In this document: positions 18,710-22,389 of the stretch, in pieces
How the letters are laid out: every line of letters begins with the position of its first letter
How positions within the stretch are numbered: position 1 is the stretch's first letter
From: Prevotella sp.
GTDB lineage: Bacteria; Bacteroidota; Bacteroidia; Bacteroidales; Dysgonomonadaceae
Direction: 5' to 3'
NCBI GenBank assembly: GCA_031285625.1
Contig: JAITVV010000008.1
Coordinates: 1-22,389 of the forward strand
Length of the DNA: 22,389 bases
Notes under the pieces: generated by a model
Database searches by the model: none
Told to the model about the DNA's origin: nothing
Seen by the model: only the letters and a program-made list of their open reading frames with translations
Position numbers and translations under genes: made by a program

Positions 18710-19876
18710 ATGAAAAAGGAAAATTTTATACCTAAGATAATACCTGTAATGATGGCTTTCTTTACGATGGGTTTTGTAGACCTTGTAGGAATAGCTACTA
18801 ACTATGTAAAAAGCGATTTTGAGCTAACAGATACTATGGCCAACTCGTTTTCAATAATGGTTTTTGTCTGGTTTCTCGTATTCTCGGTTCCCACTAGTAT
18901 ACTGATGAATAAGATAGGTCGCAAAAGAACGGTTCTGCTTAGTTTGATAGTAACATTTATAGGACTTATCATCCCATATATTGAATATAGCAAAGTTTCG
19001 ATGATTATATGTTTTTCCTTTTTAGGGATAGGAAATACTCTTATGCAAGTATCGCTAAATCCGTTATTGACAAACATAGTGAGCGGTGAAAAACTTCCAA
19101 GTTTCCTTACATTAGGGCAGTTCGTAAAGGCTATAGCTTCATTTGCAGCTCCCATCATTGCAGCACAGGCTCTTTTAAGGTATGGCAACTGGACCTTGCT
19201 TTTTCCAATATTCTCAATCGTGGCTCTTATAACTATCGTATATTTAGCCTTCACTGATATAAAGGAGCAAGCTATTGAGGGTAAACCTTCCACATTCAAA
19301 GAATGTATTAGCCTATTAGGCAACAAGGTCATTCTTCTTTTGTTCTTAGGTATACTTGTACATGTTGGTATCGATGTAGGGGCTAATATTACTGCACCAA
19401 AGTTGTTGATGGAAAGACAGGGAATGGTATTGGCAGATGCCGGATATGTGACAAGTCTTTATTTCTTGTTTCGCACAATAGGTTGCTTTTCAGGAACATT
19501 TCTACTGGCATTAGTCCCTGCCAGAAAATTCTTTATTATTAGTGTATATGTAATTTTGTTGGGAGTCGCAGGTTTATACTTTAGTCATACCACCATCATG
19601 ATTTATATCTGTGTAGCTCTCATCGGACTGGGTAATTCTAATATATTCCCTATTATCTTTTCACGGGCATTGATGTATATGCCTACCCGCAACAATGAAA
19701 TATCCGGATTGATGATAATGGGTATTTCAGGAGGAGCTGTCTTCCCCACATTAATGGGATTTGCTTCCGATAAGCTTAACGGACAAGTAGGTGCTGTCAT
19801 TATCCTGACTGTGTGTGTTGCTTATTTGGTTCTGCTGGCAGCCAAGTTGAAAGGTATTGAGAGTAAACAGAATTAA
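18710..19876 (+). CDS. MFS sugar permease (FucP/GGP family), BT1758 fructose-permease-like
   Basis: About 12 TM segments; FFTMGFVDLVGIATNYVK, LMQVSLNPLL, GQFVKAIASF, HVGIDVG, GNSNIF and NEISGLMIMG, closely matching the recalled fructan-PUL permeases. Confidence 0.9.
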   Translation: MKKENFIPKIIPVMMAFFTMGFVDLVGIATNYVKSDFELTDTMANSFSIMVFVWFLVFSVPTSILMNKIGRKRTVLLSLIVTFIGLIIPYIEYSKVSMIICFSFLGIGNTLMQVSLNPLLTNIVSGEKLPSFLTLGQFVKAIASFAAPIIAAQALLRYGNWTLLFPIFSIVALITIVYLAFTDIKEQAIEGKPSTFKECISLLGNKVILLLFLGILVHVGIDVGANITAPKLLMERQGMVLADAGYVTSLYFLFRTIGCFSGTFLLALVPARKFFIISVYVILLGVAGLYFSHTTIMIYICVALIGLGNSNIFPIIFSRALMYMPTRNNEISGLMIMGISGGAVFPTLMGFASDKLNGQVGAVIILTVCVAYLVLLAAKLKGIESKQN

Positions 19877-19899
19877 TTTATAATCATATACTAGAAAAT

Positions 19900-21237
19900 A
19901 TGTATTTTATAGGAATCGACATAGGAACAAGTTCCATTTGTGGTATTATTTATAATTTTGAAAATAAAGAAATAGAATCAATTACCAGAGAAAATAATGC
20001 TTCTATAGAAGCATTGCATATCTGGGAAAAGGCACAGGATGTTTCCATAATACATCAGGTCGTATTAAATATTATCAACGAATTCTCAATTAGATACTCT
20101 GATATAAGAGGTATAGGCTTTAGTGGGCAAATGCATGGAATGTTGTATGTAAACGTAGAAGGCAATGCTGTAAGTCCTCTTTATACATGGCAAGATGAGA
20201 GAGCAAATCAAACATATAAAGAAAATAAGACCTATGCTGAATACCTATCCGATGCTACAGGTTATTCGCTAGCAACAGGCTATGGATTAGTAACACACTT
20301 CTATAATATTGAAAACAATATTGTACCTGAAAGAGCATCAAGGCTTTGTACAATTATGGACTATATTGTAATGAAGTTATGTAAAAATACTCAGCCTTTG
20401 GTCGATTATTCAAATGCCGCAAGCTTAGGATTTTTTGATATCGAAAACCTTAAATTCGATACTGATGCATTAGATAAAATCGGAATAGACACTTCAGTTT
20501 TACCTGAGACAGTAGAATCACCCCAATTGGTAGGTCATTATAAAGAGATACCAGTATATTCGGCGATCGGTGATAATCAAGCGAGTTTTCTCGGCTCTGT
20601 CCAAAACATCGATAATTCTACTCATATTATGGTAGGAACTAGTAGCCAGATATCAGTTTATTCTCCCCACTATGTCCATATTAAATCACTTGACACACGA
20701 CCTTTTCCCGGAGGTGGATTTTTACTTGTAGGAGCTGCATTGTGTGGAGGACAGTCAATTGATATTCTCAAAAAATTATTTGAGAATACCCTCAAGTTGT
20801 TTTCTATAGGAAATAATGATATCGATTATTATGAGAAAATGTCTACTCTGGATTATAAAAAATGTTCGAATAATTTACCTGTTGTAAGGACTCTTTTTGC
20901 TGGTACACGTTCCGAACCGGAAAACAGAGGCAGCATTTTGAATATATCCACTTCAAACCTGACCCCCGAAAACTTGATTCTGGCATTCACTAAAGGAGTG
21001 TGTGACGAATTACTTGAATTTTATAAAATAATTCCTGAACATATAACAAAAGAAAAAGTAATATTAATTGGTTCGGGTAATGGAATAAAAAAGAATGCAC
21101 TTCTAAGGAAAGTTATAGAAGATGGGTTTAAACAAAAACTTATTTTATCTCCCTATCAGGAAGAATCAGCATTTGGAGCTTGTAAATGTACAATTGTAGG
21201 CGGTAATTATGTGAAGGGATATAAGGATTTCGGCTAA
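19900..21237 (+). CDS. FGGY-family carbohydrate kinase, sedoheptulokinase (SHPK)-like
   Basis: GIDIGTSS; GIGFSGQMHG; AVSPLYTWQD; LATGYG; TIMDYIVMKLC; SNAASLGFF; IGDNQAS; GTSSQ; GAALCGG; IGSGNGIKKN. These match recalled SHPK motifs (SGQMHG, AVSHLVTWQD, VATGFG, TIHDYVVAMLC, NAASWGYF, GDLQAS, ASLNGG, MGSGS) better than xylulokinase or glycerol kinase. Confidence 0.82.
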   Translation: MYFIGIDIGTSSICGIIYNFENKEIESITRENNASIEALHIWEKAQDVSIIHQVVLNIINEFSIRYSDIRGIGFSGQMHGMLYVNVEGNAVSPLYTWQDERANQTYKENKTYAEYLSDATGYSLATGYGLVTHFYNIENNIVPERASRLCTIMDYIVMKLCKNTQPLVDYSNAASLGFFDIENLKFDTDALDKIGIDTSVLPETVESPQLVGHYKEIPVYSAIGDNQASFLGSVQNIDNSTHIMVGTSSQISVYSPHYVHIKSLDTRPFPGGGFLLVGAALCGGQSIDILKKLFENTLKLFSIGNNDIDYYEKMSTLDYKKCSNNLPVVRTLFAGTRSEPENRGSILNISTSNLTPENLILAFTKGVCDELLEFYKIIPEHITKEKVILIGSGNGIKKNALLRKVIEDGFKQKLILSPYQEESAFGACKCTIVGGNYVKGYKDFG

Positions 21238-21297
21238 AAGTACAAGAAAAAAACAGGAAGCCTATCCCCTATTTTACATTTTTTACTTTACCAACAT

Positions 21298-21336
21298 ATA
21301 AAAGGTGAAATTCAATGAATTTCACCTTTTATTTTT
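21298..21336 (+). terminator. Intrinsic terminator closing the PUL operon
   Basis: Perfect inverted repeat ATAAAAGGTGAAATTCA-a-TGAATTTCACCTTTTAT (21298-21332), followed by a T run, 60 bp after the kinase stop. Confidence 0.85.
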
Positions 21337-22030
21337 ATTGTAAAAAAATAGAATTATAACCTTTCAAGGTATAGATAAGATTAAAATAGTATCAATATCA
21401 ATTAAATTGGCTGCATTATCTATAAAAATAATATAAATATATGCTAATATGATTAACATCGTATCTAAAGCAATTAATTGAGGCATCTTAAGAAATAATT
21501 CATTAAAGTATTTTTGTATACTCTAATTAGAGTAATATAACTCTATTCATGATGGGCGCTTATTAAAAAAAAATAAATAACACTAAAAAATAGAAAGGGG
21601 GACCTTATGATATAAATACATTAACTAAGTTATAAATAAGCAATAGATGACGCAAAGGCAAGCCAAAACAAGTAGAACTGTACCCTTATCAAGTAAAGCT
21701 CAGCATTTTTAAGAATCAACCCCAAGAATAATACTGAACTCTGAGTTGAGAAATATGGATTGTAAAGAAAAACAACCATAGCCGATACCTCAAAAGTGAT
21801 AGCCCAATAACACCGCTCAATTCTGGATTTTTGTAACTACAAGTGCAAATCTAACCTTTGAGATGTCAACAATCTCACTAATGCCTAATGGATTATAATA
21901 CTAATTCTATTTGTCATGCCCAATGATAATAATCTTCTCCCGATTTAGGAGTAATATTTCTCTCCCTGATTAGGATAATTCCTTTCAGCTAATTCATTTT
22001 ATTGACACTAATCATTTTTCAACCTCAAAT

Positions 22031-22162
22031 ATGGCTAACGTTTCTATCGAAGGATCTACAACATCTTTGACGATTGTGTCTCCCGAAAACCGGTCTCCTG
22101 TGGCATTTAGTGGAAATATGGAAATCGGGCTTCAATCGATGGTCGTTATTATAGAAAAATAA
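22031..22162 (+). pseudogene. 43-codon ORF or gene remnant of unknown function
   Basis: MANVSIEGSTTSLTIVSPENRSPVAFSGNMEIGLQSMVVIIEK*; the frame stays open upstream to a TAG at 21971; followed by a 6-bp hairpin TTCGGT/ACCGAA (22167-22184). Confidence 0.25.
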
Positions 22163-22303
22163 TCATTTCGGTGAACGAACCGAATAACTATATTTTTATA
22201 ATTTATCTAATAGTACAAACAATGAGCGTGTTATACTAATTACAAGATTATGGTAATAAGTAAAAAGTAACAGCTGGAAAATCCAGTGAGCGTTGCCCCC
22301 TCG

Positions 22304-22389
22304 TGCCAAATCTAAATTGACCCCTGAAAAAACTTTATGATTACCCCTAAATTATCCTGGTCGACGGGGTCATTTTTATTTTAGATTTA
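22304..22389. repeat. Imperfect inverted repeat resembling insertion-sequence (IS21-like) ends
   Basis: AAATCTAAATTGACCCC (22308-22324) versus GGGGTCA..TTTAGATTT (22366-22388); a second ACCCCT copy lies 23 bp after the first; truncated by the window end. Confidence 0.35.

Noticed and set aside
350-19800. Numerous 60-180 aa ORFs in the track overlapping the long genes (e.g. 350-565, 3197-3487, 10022-10288, 18802-19332)
   Set aside because: They are antisense or alternate-frame shadows of well-supported genes, with no recognisable motifs.
8367-21332. Reading the locus as an ordinary levan/inulin PUL
   Set aside because: Not excluded, but it does not explain the absence of a PfkB fructokinase, HTCS and surface enzymes, nor the SHPK-like kinase and the altered GH32 motifs.
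9839-21940. Identical 13-mer AATAATCTTCTCC at 9839-9851 and 21928-21940, flanking the PUL operon like att or target repeats
   Set aside because: Short and AT-rich; it would separate the operon from its own promoter and regulator, and no integrase is present. Probably chance.
21340-22389. CRISPR array, tRNA or rRNA in the gene-poor right end
   Set aside because: No regularly spaced repeats with spacers, and no cloverleaf or T-loop GGTTCGA motif seen.

Overview
AT-rich Bacteroidota (Bacteroidales, possibly Dysgonomonas-like) chromosomal window devoted to carbohydrate use. Left, minus strand (1-4770): a BT2157/BT2158/BT2159/BT2160-like 3-ketoglycoside (oxidation-elimination) glycoside-catabolism operon with its SusR-like regulator. 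Middle (4881-8327): an acyltransferase-3, two AraC regulators and a small DUF4405-like membrane protein. Right (8367-21332): a complete polysaccharide utilisation locus (PUL) whose SusC, SusD, GH32 and MFS permease resemble the Bacteroides levan/fructan PUL. It differs in five ways: a sedoheptulokinase-like FGGY kinase replaces the PfkB fructokinase, a GntR-LacI (AraR-type) repressor replaces the hybrid two-component sensor, there is no surface lipoprotein hydrolase or SGBP, there is a second GH32-like protein with an altered catalytic triad, and the promoter region is dense in TTACA/TGTAA operator-like sites. The best hypothesis is an uncharacterised PUL for heptulose (sedoheptulose)-containing or other non-fructose ketofuranoside glycans. 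The last ~1 kb is AT-rich, with gene fragments and IS-end-like repeats. All family assignments come from motif reading and recalled reference sequences; no database search was run.
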